Origin: Candidatus Collierbacteria bacterium GW2011_GWB2_45_17
Lineage (GTDB): Bacteria > Patescibacteriota > Microgenomatia > UBA1400 > MFAQ01
Length of the DNA stretch: 64,000 nucleotides
Direction of reading: 5' to 3'
Assembly: GCA_001001485.1 (NCBI GenBank)
Contig: LCKO01000001.1
Span: 76,517-140,516 of the forward strand
In this document: positions 8,781-17,461 of the stretch, in pieces
How the letters are laid out: each line of letters opens with the position of its first letter
Numbering within the stretch: the stretch's first letter is position 1
Program-made: the position numbers and the translations under genes
The notes under the pieces: generated by a model
The model's database searches: none
Told to the model about the DNA's origin: nothing
What the model saw: only the letters and a program-made list of their open reading frames with translations

Positions 8781-10115
8781 ATGACTTTTTCCAAGCCACA
8801 AAAAACTTCTCTAGGTGTTTTGATTCTTGTCATCATCTCTCTTTATATTATCTTGCCTGCCAAAATTGGTAACTTTTCTATTCCCAGAATAAACTACAAA
8901 TGGGGTAGTCTGGATCTCTCAAAAGAGATAGAACTCAAGCAGGGTCTGGACATCAAAGGCGGTCTTCAGGTAGTTCTTAAAGCCGAAATGAAAGACATCT
9001 CGTTAGCGGACCGGACTTCTGCTCTAGAATCGCTCAAAAACGTCATCGGCCGTCGAGTTGACCTGTTTGGTGTTTCGGAATCAGGCATAAAAACTGCCGT
9101 CAGTGGCAACGACTTTCGTCTTATTCTCGAGCTTCCCGGTGTTACGGATTCTCAACAAGCACTTTCTTTAATTGGTCAAACTGCTCAAATGGTTTTTGCT
9201 CTCCCTGTTTACACCCCTGGCAAAACCGCCTCTGAATCTGCGACCTTAACTGACTTCCGGTCAACCGACCTGACTGGCGCCGATCTCCAGAGAGCTACCG
9301 TCACCTTTGAGTCTCAGGACCGCTCTCCTGCAGTTTCACTCACCTTTAAAGATAGTGGCAAGATCAAATTTGCTAAACTTACCAAAGACAACATCGGCAA
9401 GCCAATCGCCATTTTGCTCGACGGATATCCTCTTACTATGCCCACGGTCCAGACAGAAATCATCGATGGCAATGCCATCATCACCGGCCAGTTTACGACC
9501 GACGAAGCCAAAGCCCTCTCCGTTCAGCTCAACGCCGGTGCTCTACCGGTACCGGTTTCGATACTGAGCCAAAAAAACATCCCCGCTACTTTAGGTGCCG
9601 ATTCCATCAAGAAAAGTATTACTGCCGGAGCCATTGGTTTATCTATGGTTATTTTCTTTATGATTGTCTACTACGGCCGGCTCGGCTTTATTGCTTCCAT
9701 CGGCTTGGTTCTTTATGGCATTTTTACTTTAGCTCTCTACAAATTGATTCCGGTTGTTTTAAGTCTTCCAGGCATTGCCGGCTTTCTTCTTTCTGTTGGT
9801 ATGGCGGTCGATAGTAATATTCTGGTCTTTGAACGCTATAAAGAAGAAATTCGTGCCGGCCGTGACTGGCAGGTGGGCTTGGAACTGGCTTTTGGCCGTG
9901 CCTGGGACTCGATTAAAGATGCCAATACGGCCACCGTCATCACCGGTTTGATTTTATTTAATCCTTTGGAGTGGAGTTTCCTAAACACCTCAGGTTCTGT
10001 TAGAGGTTTTGCTCTCACCCTTATTCTTGGCATATTTATTTCTCTCTTCACCGGCATCATCGTCACCCGCAATCTTCTTAGATTATTTTTCAAAGGTACA
10101 ACCAAAAAAACATGA
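8781..10115 (+). CDS. secD: Protein translocase subunit SecD
   Basis: 'LKQGLDIKGG', a periplasmic domain, six C-terminal TM helices and 'AVDSNILVFERYKEE'. Followed by an overlapping secF. Confidence 0.9.
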   Translation: MTFSKPQKTSLGVLILVIISLYIILPAKIGNFSIPRINYKWGSLDLSKEIELKQGLDIKGGLQVVLKAEMKDISLADRTSALESLKNVIGRRVDLFGVSESGIKTAVSGNDFRLILELPGVTDSQQALSLIGQTAQMVFALPVYTPGKTASESATLTDFRSTDLTGADLQRATVTFESQDRSPAVSLTFKDSGKIKFAKLTKDNIGKPIAILLDGYPLTMPTVQTEIIDGNAIITGQFTTDEAKALSVQLNAGALPVPVSILSQKNIPATLGADSIKKSITAGAIGLSMVIFFMIVYYGRLGFIASIGLVLYGIFTLALYKLIPVVLSLPGIAGFLLSVGMAVDSNILVFERYKEEIRAGRDWQVGLELAFGRAWDSIKDANTATVITGLILFNPLEWSFLNTSGSVRGFALTLILGIFISLFTGIIVTRNLLRLFFKGTTKKT

Positions 10116-10966
10116 ACTGGATGAAGCACCTCTCTCTCTATTTTGTTATTTCTGCTCTGGTTATTGTCCCGGGCATTTACTCGCTGATCCGTTACGGCCT
10201 CAAACCATCCATTGAATTCACCGGTGGCTCCCGCCTCACCTTAGTTTCAGTCACGTCATCTCCGGATACAGTTCTTCAGTCATTTAAAGACTATACTCCT
10301 CAGTTAGAAATCTCTGACGATACAAGTCTCTCTATCAAATCAAAGGAAATCTCTCAGGAAAACACCCAGAAGATTATTGACGGTCTCAAAAAAGAAAATC
10401 CGGATATCAAATTAACCGACTTCGAAACCATCGGACCTTCCCTAGGCCAAGAAACTATCAAAAAAACCACCAACGCCTTAACCATCGCCTCCCTTCTCCT
10501 TCTGGCCTACATTAGCTTCGCTTTCAAACAGCTTAAATACGGCATTTGCGCCATACTGGCCATGTTCCACGACACTGCTGTTCTTTTAGGCATATTTTCC
10601 CTTCTGGGTCATTTCTGGGGGGTGGAAATAGATCTGCTCTTTGTTACCGCAGTTCTAACAATTCTTTCTTTTTCTGTTCACGACACTATCGTCGTTTACG
10701 ATCGAATCCGCGAACTGTCCCACAAAATCAAAAATGTAGACTACGTTACTCTGGTAAACCAAGCAGTGACCGAGACAATGACCAGGTCACTCAACAACTC
10801 TTTAACGATTATCTTTATGCTTCTTGCCATGTTCCTCATGGGTGGGGAGACTACCAAATATTTCTCTCTGGCCCTCCTCATCGGCACCGTCACCGGCACT
10901 TATTCCAGTACCTTCACCGCCGCCCCCTTGCTCATCCTCTGGGATCGCTTCTCAAAAAAGAAATAA
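10112..10966 (+). CDS. secF: Protein translocase subunit SecF
   Basis: 'GLKPSIEFTGGSRL' and 'HDTIVVYDRIRE'. A 4-nt overlap with secD. Confidence 0.9.
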   Translation: MNWMKHLSLYFVISALVIVPGIYSLIRYGLKPSIEFTGGSRLTLVSVTSSPDTVLQSFKDYTPQLEISDDTSLSIKSKEISQENTQKIIDGLKKENPDIKLTDFETIGPSLGQETIKKTTNALTIASLLLLAYISFAFKQLKYGICAILAMFHDTAVLLGIFSLLGHFWGVEIDLLFVTAVLTILSFSVHDTIVVYDRIRELSHKIKNVDYVTLVNQAVTETMTRSLNNSLTIIFMLLAMFLMGGETTKYFSLALLIGTVTGTYSSTFTAAPLLILWDRFSKKK

Positions 10967-10989
10967 CCAACAAGGTTTATAATCTTTCC

Positions 10990-11745
10990 ATGTTAGTAGG
11001 CGAGTCCGATACCAACAAAATTTTAGATTTCCTTAGACTTGCTCGTCGGATGGAAACAACCTATCGTTTCACCCCTAAGCCGGATGGTAGTTTCGAAAAC
11101 GATGCTGAGCATTCTTGGTCAGTCTCTTTAATTTGTATCCTAGTCGCGAGCCGAATAGAAGAAGAACTAGGAGTAAAGATAGACCAGCTAAAAATGCTCA
11201 AAATGGCCATCATCCACGACATAGCGGAAATTGTCACCGGCGATACTAAAACCTGGGACAACGTCAGTCGAGTCGACAAAGAGGAAAAGGAAAGAACAGC
11301 CATTAAAGATTCGTTGGGCAGACTCCCAAACGACCTGATGGAGGAATTAGTAAATATTTGGGAAGAATGTGAGAAGAGAGAATCTATTGAAGCCATGATC
11401 GTCAAGTCTGTCGATAGATTTGACCCGGTAATCCATCGCACGGTTTTTGATTTAGGTTGGGACAATGTTGAAGATGACCACGCTACTTCAGAGGCATTAG
11501 ATGAGAGACAGCTCCCCAGACACTCATTTTCCAAAACCTTAACCGGGCTTTACACTACTATCCGCGATGAAGCCATTTCAAAAGGGATGTTCAAGGTAGC
11601 GAAGCCTCAATCAGACACGGACGTAGAGGATGAACTCGATCAAGAGCGGGCAGACTCGGAAGGCATGATTCAAAAAGAGTGGATCGATGAGGAATTGATG
11701 AATGAATTAGCTGAAGACCTACATAACGGCAGCACCCCTGGCTAA
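10990..11745 (+). CDS. HD-domain phosphohydrolase (YfbR-like)
   Basis: 'AEHSWSV' and 'IIHDIAEIVTGD' (H...HD...D). I chose the ATG at 10990. The long 10546 start in the ORF track is an out-of-frame run through secF. Confidence 0.7.
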   Translation: MLVGESDTNKILDFLRLARRMETTYRFTPKPDGSFENDAEHSWSVSLICILVASRIEEELGVKIDQLKMLKMAIIHDIAEIVTGDTKTWDNVSRVDKEEKERTAIKDSLGRLPNDLMEELVNIWEECEKRESIEAMIVKSVDRFDPVIHRTVFDLGWDNVEDDHATSEALDERQLPRHSFSKTLTGLYTTIRDEAISKGMFKVAKPQSDTDVEDELDQERADSEGMIQKEWIDEELMNELAEDLHNGSTPG

Positions 11746-11774
11746 TAATTCCTCAACAGATGTAAAATTATTTT

Positions 11775-12329
11775 GTGCCCAATATTTTTCCAAGTAGAAA
11801 ATCTATAAGATTACCAGGATATGACTATTCACAATCTGGAACATATTTTGTAACGATTTGTTCGTACAAACACGAACGCATCTTTGGGGAAATTGTTAAC
11901 AGGGAAATGAAGTTAAACGAATTGGGGTATATTTTGGAAAAAGAATGGATCGGTTTACCTCAAAGATTTACCAATGTTGATCTGAATTCATTTGTCATTA
12001 TGCCAAATCACATACACATGATTATCAAAATTGTAGGGGTTTCATTTATGAAACCCTATCAAAACATGAAACCCGAAACAAGTATCGCCAAATCAAAATC
12101 CAATTGTCACATGGGTTTGATAAATCAAACCCCTACGATTGGAATGATGGTTCGACATTTCAAATCCAAATGTTCATATGAAATTCACCACAATGGATTA
12201 AATCAAATCGTCTGGCAACGTAATTATTTCGAACACATCATTCGGGATGATTCTGATTTGATTCGAATTGTTGAATATATCCAAACTAATCCATCAAATT
12301 GGGAAAAAGACAAATTATATATTCCGTAG
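11775..12329 (+). CDS. REP-associated tyrosine transposase (RAYT, IS200/IS605 Y1 family)
   Basis: 'IRLPGYDYSQSGTYFVTICSYKHERIFG', an HUH motif 'MPNHIHMII' and C-terminal 'WQRNYFEHIIRDD..L.RI.EYI..NP'. Flanked by its own hairpin repeats. Confidence 0.8.
   Translation: MPNIFPSRKSIRLPGYDYSQSGTYFVTICSYKHERIFGEIVNREMKLNELGYILEKEWIGLPQRFTNVDLNSFVIMPNHIHMIIKIVGVSFMKPYQNMKPETSIAKSKSNCHMGLINQTPTIGMMVRHFKSKCSYEIHHNGLNQIVWQRNYFEHIIRDDSDLIRIVEYIQTNPSNWEKDKLYIP
12033..12056 (+). repeat. REP-like hairpin, copy inside the RAYT gene
   Basis: GTAGGGGTTTCATTTATGAAACCC, a GGGTTTCAT/ATGAAACCC palindrome. It translates in-frame as 'VGVSFMKP', just after the HUH motif. Confidence 0.75.
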
Positions 12330-12354
12330 GGGTTTCATTTATGAAACCCGTCAC
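12321..12354 (+). repeat. REP-like hairpin, copy overlapping the RAYT stop codon
   Basis: ATTCCGTAGGGGTTTCATTTATGAAACCCGTCAC, identical over 34 nt to the copy at 12387. Confidence 0.8.
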
Positions 12355-12386
12355 ATCCTCCCGATAAATAACCAACCAAAAACATC

Positions 12387-12420
12387 ATTCCGTAGGGGTT
12401 TCATTTATGAAACCCGTCAC
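12387..12420 (+). repeat. REP-like hairpin, copy supplying the 3' end of cca
   Basis: A 34-nt sequence identical to 12321-12354. Its reverse complement encodes the last residues '..GDGFHK*' and the stop codon of the - strand cca gene. Confidence 0.8.
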
Positions 12421-13858
12421 CCAACTCCTTAATCTTTTTCAGTAAATATTCTCTATTATTTTTACTCGTATCTTCCAGCACTTCTTTAAATAATTCTTTC
12501 AGAACTTTTCCAATGATTGGCCCAGGGGTCACTTTCAGCACCTCCATCACATCCAGACCATTCACCGCCATATCATTTATCTCCATCGGCTCAAACAGTT
12601 GTTCGCCAATTCTTTTTTGTAGTTCCATGAATCTCCAGCTAGTGGTCTTAGCTCCACTGCCCTTACGATCGGCGATTCTCAACATCACCATGTCGCTAAT
12701 ATTCTCTTTCCCCACTTTTCTAATTAGTCTCCGAATAGCCGCATCGGTCATTTCCGGTTGGTAGGCAAACATATGCCACCTGACCAAGGTAATAATTTTA
12801 TCTATTTGTTTACGATTAAACTTTAGTCTTTCAATTATTTCCTTCGCCATCCTCGCCCCCACCACCTCATGTCCGTAAAAAGTGACCATTCCTCTGGTTG
12901 GCTGAGTGGAGCCACAGCTGGGACAAGTGGTCATTTCTTCCGCCAAATCGCGAAACATTTTGCCACACTTCCGGCATTTAAATCTCTGGGATCTGGGTTT
13001 CCCGATGTCATGAATTAAAGTGGCAAACCGCACAATTGGATCCGGTGAAGGACACTCCTTCAATGCTTCAATCATATGATCCAAGGTTGATAGAGTATGG
13101 TGCCCTCCCTGAACCACTCCTTTTCCTTCCAACATCTCCGGCATAAACTGATTCATGAGTCCGGTCGAAATTAACATCTTTACTCCATCCGCCGGATAAG
13201 GAGATTCCAGTATTCTTAAAAATTCATCTCGCACTCTCTCCTTACTAATTTTTGACAACAACTCCGACTTCTCTTGGATGGCCAGGAGAGTTTTTTCTTC
13301 AATCGAAAACCCGAGTTTCGCCGCAAATCTTATGGCTCGCATCATTCGTAGAGCATCTTCACCAAAACGCGATCTTGGGTCACCCACCGCTCGAATAAGC
13401 CCTTTATCAAAGTCAGCCAGTCCATCCACCAAATCTATTAACTCCGTTCGGCTAACTACCATGGCGTTTACAGTAAAATCTCTTCGGGTAACGTCTTCTT
13501 CCAGTGTCTTTCCCCACGAGACATTGTCAGGTCTTCTAAAGTCGGAGTACTCTTTCTCCGATCTATACGTTGTAATCTCGTAAAGTTCCTCTTTTCCATT
13601 CAAGGTCACGTTATATGAAACCGTGCCAAAATCATTATTATAAAAAGGACTTCTAGATTTTAGTACTTCCAGACTTTGTTCCGGTGTCGCGTTGGTCGTC
13701 AGATCGCAATTTTCCGGCACTTTACCGAGCACTAAGTTTCTTACTCCACCACCCACTAGATAGATTTCAAAGCCAGCCTTTTCATAGTCCTTCATCACCT
13801 TTTTTAAAGGTTCCGGCATGAGCATCAATTCGTCAGGCAAAAGAAGTCTTCTGTACAC
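12401..13858 (-). CDS. cca: CCA-adding enzyme / poly(A) polymerase-family nucleotidyltransferase with HD domain
   Basis: 'YLVGGGVRNLVLG' and 'RRDFTVNAM' plus an HD domain ('IHDIGKP...FYGHE'). The start is uncertain (several Met in the first 15 codons). An extra CxxC...CxxC insert lies in the HD region. Confidence 0.8.
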   Translation of the reverse strand: MYRRLLLPDELMLMPEPLKKVMKDYEKAGFEIYLVGGGVRNLVLGKVPENCDLTTNATPEQSLEVLKSRSPFYNNDFGTVSYNVTLNGKEELYEITTYRSEKEYSDFRRPDNVSWGKTLEEDVTRRDFTVNAMVVSRTELIDLVDGLADFDKGLIRAVGDPRSRFGEDALRMMRAIRFAAKLGFSIEEKTLLAIQEKSELLSKISKERVRDEFLRILESPYPADGVKMLISTGLMNQFMPEMLEGKGVVQGGHHTLSTLDHMIEALKECPSPDPIVRFATLIHDIGKPRSQRFKCRKCGKMFRDLAEEMTTCPSCGSTQPTRGMVTFYGHEVVGARMAKEIIERLKFNRKQIDKIITLVRWHMFAYQPEMTDAAIRRLIRKVGKENISDMVMLRIADRKGSGAKTTSWRFMELQKRIGEQLFEPMEINDMAVNGLDVMEVLKVTPGPIIGKVLKELFKEVLEDTSKNNREYLLKKIKELGDGFHK

Positions 13859-13892
13859 GTATAAATTTTATCACTTCGAGTACAATTGCCTC

Positions 13893-15380
13893 ATGGAGAT
13901 CGGTCTAAAAAATATTATTTCCGAACTGAAAAAAGGCGGCAACCTGAGTGATGGTGATCGCCTTACCCAAATTTTTACGTTTGCAAAAGAGAAACACACC
14001 GGTCAAATTCGCCAAACAGGGGACTCTCTTTTTACTCACCCCGTTTCCATTGCCTTCTCATTGGCGTGTTGGGGTTTGGATCAGACGACTGTCGAAGCCG
14101 CTCTTCTTCATGAGGTTCCGGAAATGTCTGGAGTCACCATTGATGAAATCGCGAGCCTTTTTGGAGAAGAATGTGCCAGGCTAGTTGATGGCGTCATCCG
14201 TGTCGGCCAGGTAAAACTCCGTGGCAGTCAGAACGAAGAGTTTCTCGAAAATCTCCGTAAAATGTTCGTCGCTATGGCTCAAGACGTTAGAGTGGTAATT
14301 ATTCGCTTAGCGGACAGACTCCACAACATCACCACTCTGGAGGCTGTTCCTTTATCGAAACAAAAAAGAATCGCTCTGGAAACTCTTGAAATTTACGCGC
14401 CTCTAGCGGACAGACTGGGTATGGGTAAATTAAAAGGGGATCTGGAAGATCTTGCTTTCCCCTTTGTTTACCCGGACGAATATACCTGGGTGTCGACCAT
14501 TGCCAAGCCTCATTTCAAGCACTCGGAGGACAACATTGTCGAAGTTCTCCATCGGATTAGACAACAATTGGCCAAAAATAATGTCAACGCTCGGACAGAG
14601 TCTCGCCTGAAACGAAAATACAGTTTGTTCAGAAAACTCATGCGGCCGGAAATAAATCGAGACATCAGCCAGATACACGATCTAATGGCCGTCAGAATCA
14701 TCACCGGGGACACCGCTTCTTGTTACTCGACTCTTGGAATTATTCATGAATACTGGAAACCGGTTCCCTTTTTAGGCATCTCCGATTTTATTTCTCAGCC
14801 CAAACCAAATGGTTATCAATCAATCCACACCAAAGTATTTGATAACCGAGGAAACATCGTCGAGATTCAAATTAGATCCGAAGAGATGCATTCCCATGCT
14901 GAGTTCGGAGCCGCAGCTCACTTTGCTTATGCCCACGCCAAGCACCAAGGGGCCACCGACGAAAAGTTAGAGAAAGGAACCGCCTTCAGCATTACCCAGA
15001 AAATGGCTTGGGTCAAACAATTAGCCGGTTGGCAACAGCAAATAGTGGGGGTCAAAGAAAGTTTATCCGATTTTCGCTTAGACGCCCTTTCTCATCACAT
15101 CTATGTTTTTTCTCCCAAAGGAGATGTTTACGATCTTCCGGAAAACTCCACTCCGGTTGACTACGCTTTTAACGTACACTCCAATTTAGGATTTTACATT
15201 CAGTCGGCCAAAATTAATGGGAAAATGGCTTCTATCGACTCGAAATTAAAAAGTGGCGATCTTGTCGAAATCATCAAGACTAAGTCTCAAAAAACTCCCA
15301 ATCGAAACTGGCTCCGTTTCGTAAAAACCCACAAAGCTAAAACCGAAATTAGAAAAGCTCTCGGAGAGAAAAAGGGTTAG
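13893..15380 (+). CDS. RelA/SpoT-family (p)ppGpp synthetase/hydrolase (HD + synthetase + TGS, no ACT domain)
   Basis: HD region 'THPVSIA...LLHEV', synthetase region 'YSLFRKLMR...IHDLMAVRII..GYQSIHT' and TGS 'IYVFSPKGDVYDLPENSTPVDYAF'. I chose the ATG at 13893 to avoid overlap with cca. Confidence 0.85.
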   Translation: MEIGLKNIISELKKGGNLSDGDRLTQIFTFAKEKHTGQIRQTGDSLFTHPVSIAFSLACWGLDQTTVEAALLHEVPEMSGVTIDEIASLFGEECARLVDGVIRVGQVKLRGSQNEEFLENLRKMFVAMAQDVRVVIIRLADRLHNITTLEAVPLSKQKRIALETLEIYAPLADRLGMGKLKGDLEDLAFPFVYPDEYTWVSTIAKPHFKHSEDNIVEVLHRIRQQLAKNNVNARTESRLKRKYSLFRKLMRPEINRDISQIHDLMAVRIITGDTASCYSTLGIIHEYWKPVPFLGISDFISQPKPNGYQSIHTKVFDNRGNIVEIQIRSEEMHSHAEFGAAAHFAYAHAKHQGATDEKLEKGTAFSITQKMAWVKQLAGWQQQIVGVKESLSDFRLDALSHHIYVFSPKGDVYDLPENSTPVDYAFNVHSNLGFYIQSAKINGKMASIDSKLKSGDLVEIIKTKSQKTPNRNWLRFVKTHKAKTEIRKALGEKKG

Positions 15381-15397
15381 TATAAACTGTGACCGAC

Positions 15398-16351
15398 ATG
15401 AAAAAATCCAAACCACACCACCGTCATTGCGAGGAACGAAGTGACGTGGCAATCTCACTCCACCCCTCACTCAGATTTTTTTTCAATATCTCAGCCTTAT
15501 TTTCTATCTGCCTCTTCTTTATTTTTTCTCCGGTTATGGGCAGGTTGCCTGGTCCCGTCAAACCCTCCGTCAAAGCCGCCTACACCAGCGAACCCAAGTC
15601 TCCGGTTTCCCAAAAATTATCCCCTCCCAGTTTTACCACCACCGGTATCTTCGTCATGGATCTGGATACTGGCATCGTTCTGTTGGATAAAAATCCTCCC
15701 CTCCGTCTCAAGCCTGCCTCTCTGACCAAAATTATGACTTCTCTGGTGGCGCTTGATTATTATTCCGAGGGCTCCGTCTTAAAAGTCATCAATGGTCAAA
15801 AATCTCTTGGTAACACGGTCAAGCTGGTGAAAGGCGACGAACTTACTGCTAGTGAAGTGATCTACGCCTTACTCGTTCCCTCCGGAAACGATGCCGCCGT
15901 TACTTTAGCCGAAAACTACCCGGGGGGTTATCAGCAGTTTGTCAAAAAAATGAATCAAAAAATTACCGAACTGGGCCTATCTAACACCAACTTCACCAAT
16001 GTCAGTGGAGTAGAAAGTCCCAATCACTACACTTCCGCTTACGACATTGCTATGATAGCTAGAACTGCCCTAAGAAGACCCGCTTTCTCCACCATCGTTT
16101 CTACAAAAAACATCACCATCACTAGCTTAAAAGGCCATACCTATCCCTTGGAATCTACCAATATTCTTCTGGGAAAACCGGGCATTGTGGGCGTTAAAAC
16201 CGGCTGGACTCCTGAAGCCGGCGAGTGCCTCGTTATCTTGGTCACGAAGGACAATCACCCTGTTCTCATTAGCCTACTAAATAGTAATGATCGCTTCGGC
16301 GAAGCCCAAAAAATCATCAATTGGGTCTACTCCAACTACCTTTGGCAATAA
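15398..16351 (+). CDS. D-alanyl-D-alanine carboxypeptidase (S11, PBP5/DacB-like)
   Basis: SxxK 'ASLTKIM', SxN 'PSGND' and KTG 'VKTGWT', with an N-terminal TM anchor. The start is either 15389 (GTG) or 15398 (ATG). Confidence 0.85.
   Translation: MKKSKPHHRHCEERSDVAISLHPSLRFFFNISALFSICLFFIFSPVMGRLPGPVKPSVKAAYTSEPKSPVSQKLSPPSFTTTGIFVMDLDTGIVLLDKNPPLRLKPASLTKIMTSLVALDYYSEGSVLKVINGQKSLGNTVKLVKGDELTASEVIYALLVPSGNDAAVTLAENYPGGYQQFVKKMNQKITELGLSNTNFTNVSGVESPNHYTSAYDIAMIARTALRRPAFSTIVSTKNITITSLKGHTYPLESTNILLGKPGIVGVKTGWTPEAGECLVILVTKDNHPVLISLLNSNDRFGEAQKIINWVYSNYLWQ
15422..15461 (+). repeat. R1 hairpin repeat inside the 5' end of the carboxypeptidase ORF
   Basis: CGTCATTGCGAGGAACGAAGTGACGTGGCAATCTCACTCC, translating as 'HCEERSDVAISLH' ahead of the TM anchor. 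Confidence 0.8.
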
Positions 16352-16354
16352 CAT

Positions 16355-17437
16355 CTACTTCGTGATCCAATCGTCCATTACCGCCGAGACGTAAGCAGTA
16401 AATCCTTGATCTCCCAAGAATACATAAATAGGCATGGCAAATTTTTGATTTTCATTTGAATCATAGTATCCTAGAAAAACCCTTCGGATCTTTATCTCAT
16501 CCGTCTTTGGTCCTCCCGTGCTTACAAATCCCCCCCCTGTAGAAAGTTCTTCCCAAGCTTTCTCTCCAGTTTTTATTGGGTAAGTACCGCTTTTGGCATA
16601 GTCAATATCGGTGTACTCGTAATCCATGGTAATAATCTTTTCACTTTGTATCTTCGATCCGGAAATAACGGTTCTGATGAGTCCCTTTGTCGGGTCTGTT
16701 CGGTAAAAAGGATAGCTGGCTACTACTTCTTTGGTCTTACTACCGGGGTCTATTTCATCCATGTTTTTTCTAAAAAAATCAATCTGTACAAAGTCGGCAT
16801 CAGACAAAGAAAGGGCATTCACCAGTTTACCGATATCATTTTTTAAATAAGTTATTTTTTCCACCCCAATGACATCCTCGTTTAGTAAACCAATTCTTTT
16901 GAGATAGTTTTCCGTCTCGGTAATTACCGCTTTGTCGGAGGTAAAGTCTCCCATGGTGGCTAAGGTGGGATTATTCTGCCACAGTCGTGACAGTTTGAAG
17001 TGTCCGGAGATAATGTTCATGTCTAGTCTGGAGTTCAGCTGATCTTGATTCGTCCAAATATAATTCGTCTCGGTTGGCTGTTGCGGTTTAAATAGAAATC
17101 CGAGCGCCGTCGCCGTATCAATCGCGTTAGCGGAATCGGCGAAGCCACTTCGCCTAGTTGGTGCCCAGTAAACCCTCATTCTATCCGGAAAGGCCGGAAT
17201 TTTTCCTGTTGGGAGCTCGAGCAGTATTTTGGGTCTATTTTTACTCATCGAAAAATTTACCCCCTGCAGTTTATTAAACTCCACTGAGGCCGGAGGTAGG
17301 GGGGGAGGATATAAGAATTTGTAATAATTTACCGCCGCGATACCGATATACCACATGACTGTAATTACCACAAATCCAATACCACCCCATCTTATTGTTT
17401 TTCGGGCAGAAACGGATGCTTCGGTTAGTGTAGCCAT
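16355..17437 (-). CDS. Hypothetical membrane-anchored extracytoplasmic protein
   Basis: Long ORF with an N-terminal TM helix ('IGFVVITVMWYIGIAAV'). No recognisable motif. Confidence 0.5.
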   Translation of the reverse strand: MATLTEASVSARKTIRWGGIGFVVITVMWYIGIAAVNYYKFLYPPPLPPASVEFNKLQGVNFSMSKNRPKILLELPTGKIPAFPDRMRVYWAPTRRSGFADSANAIDTATALGFLFKPQQPTETNYIWTNQDQLNSRLDMNIISGHFKLSRLWQNNPTLATMGDFTSDKAVITETENYLKRIGLLNEDVIGVEKITYLKNDIGKLVNALSLSDADFVQIDFFRKNMDEIDPGSKTKEVVASYPFYRTDPTKGLIRTVISGSKIQSEKIITMDYEYTDIDYAKSGTYPIKTGEKAWEELSTGGGFVSTGGPKTDEIKIRRVFLGYYDSNENQKFAMPIYVFLGDQGFTAYVSAVMDDWITK

Positions 17438-17461
17438 ATCTTAATAAAGTATACTATTCAT

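Noticed and set aside
10546-10989. Long N-terminal extension of the HD-domain ORF (the track gives 10546..11745)
   Set aside because: The extension lies entirely inside secF in another frame and translates to low-complexity Arg/Ser/His-rich sequence. The HD protein has a sensible ATG at 10990, just after the secF stop.
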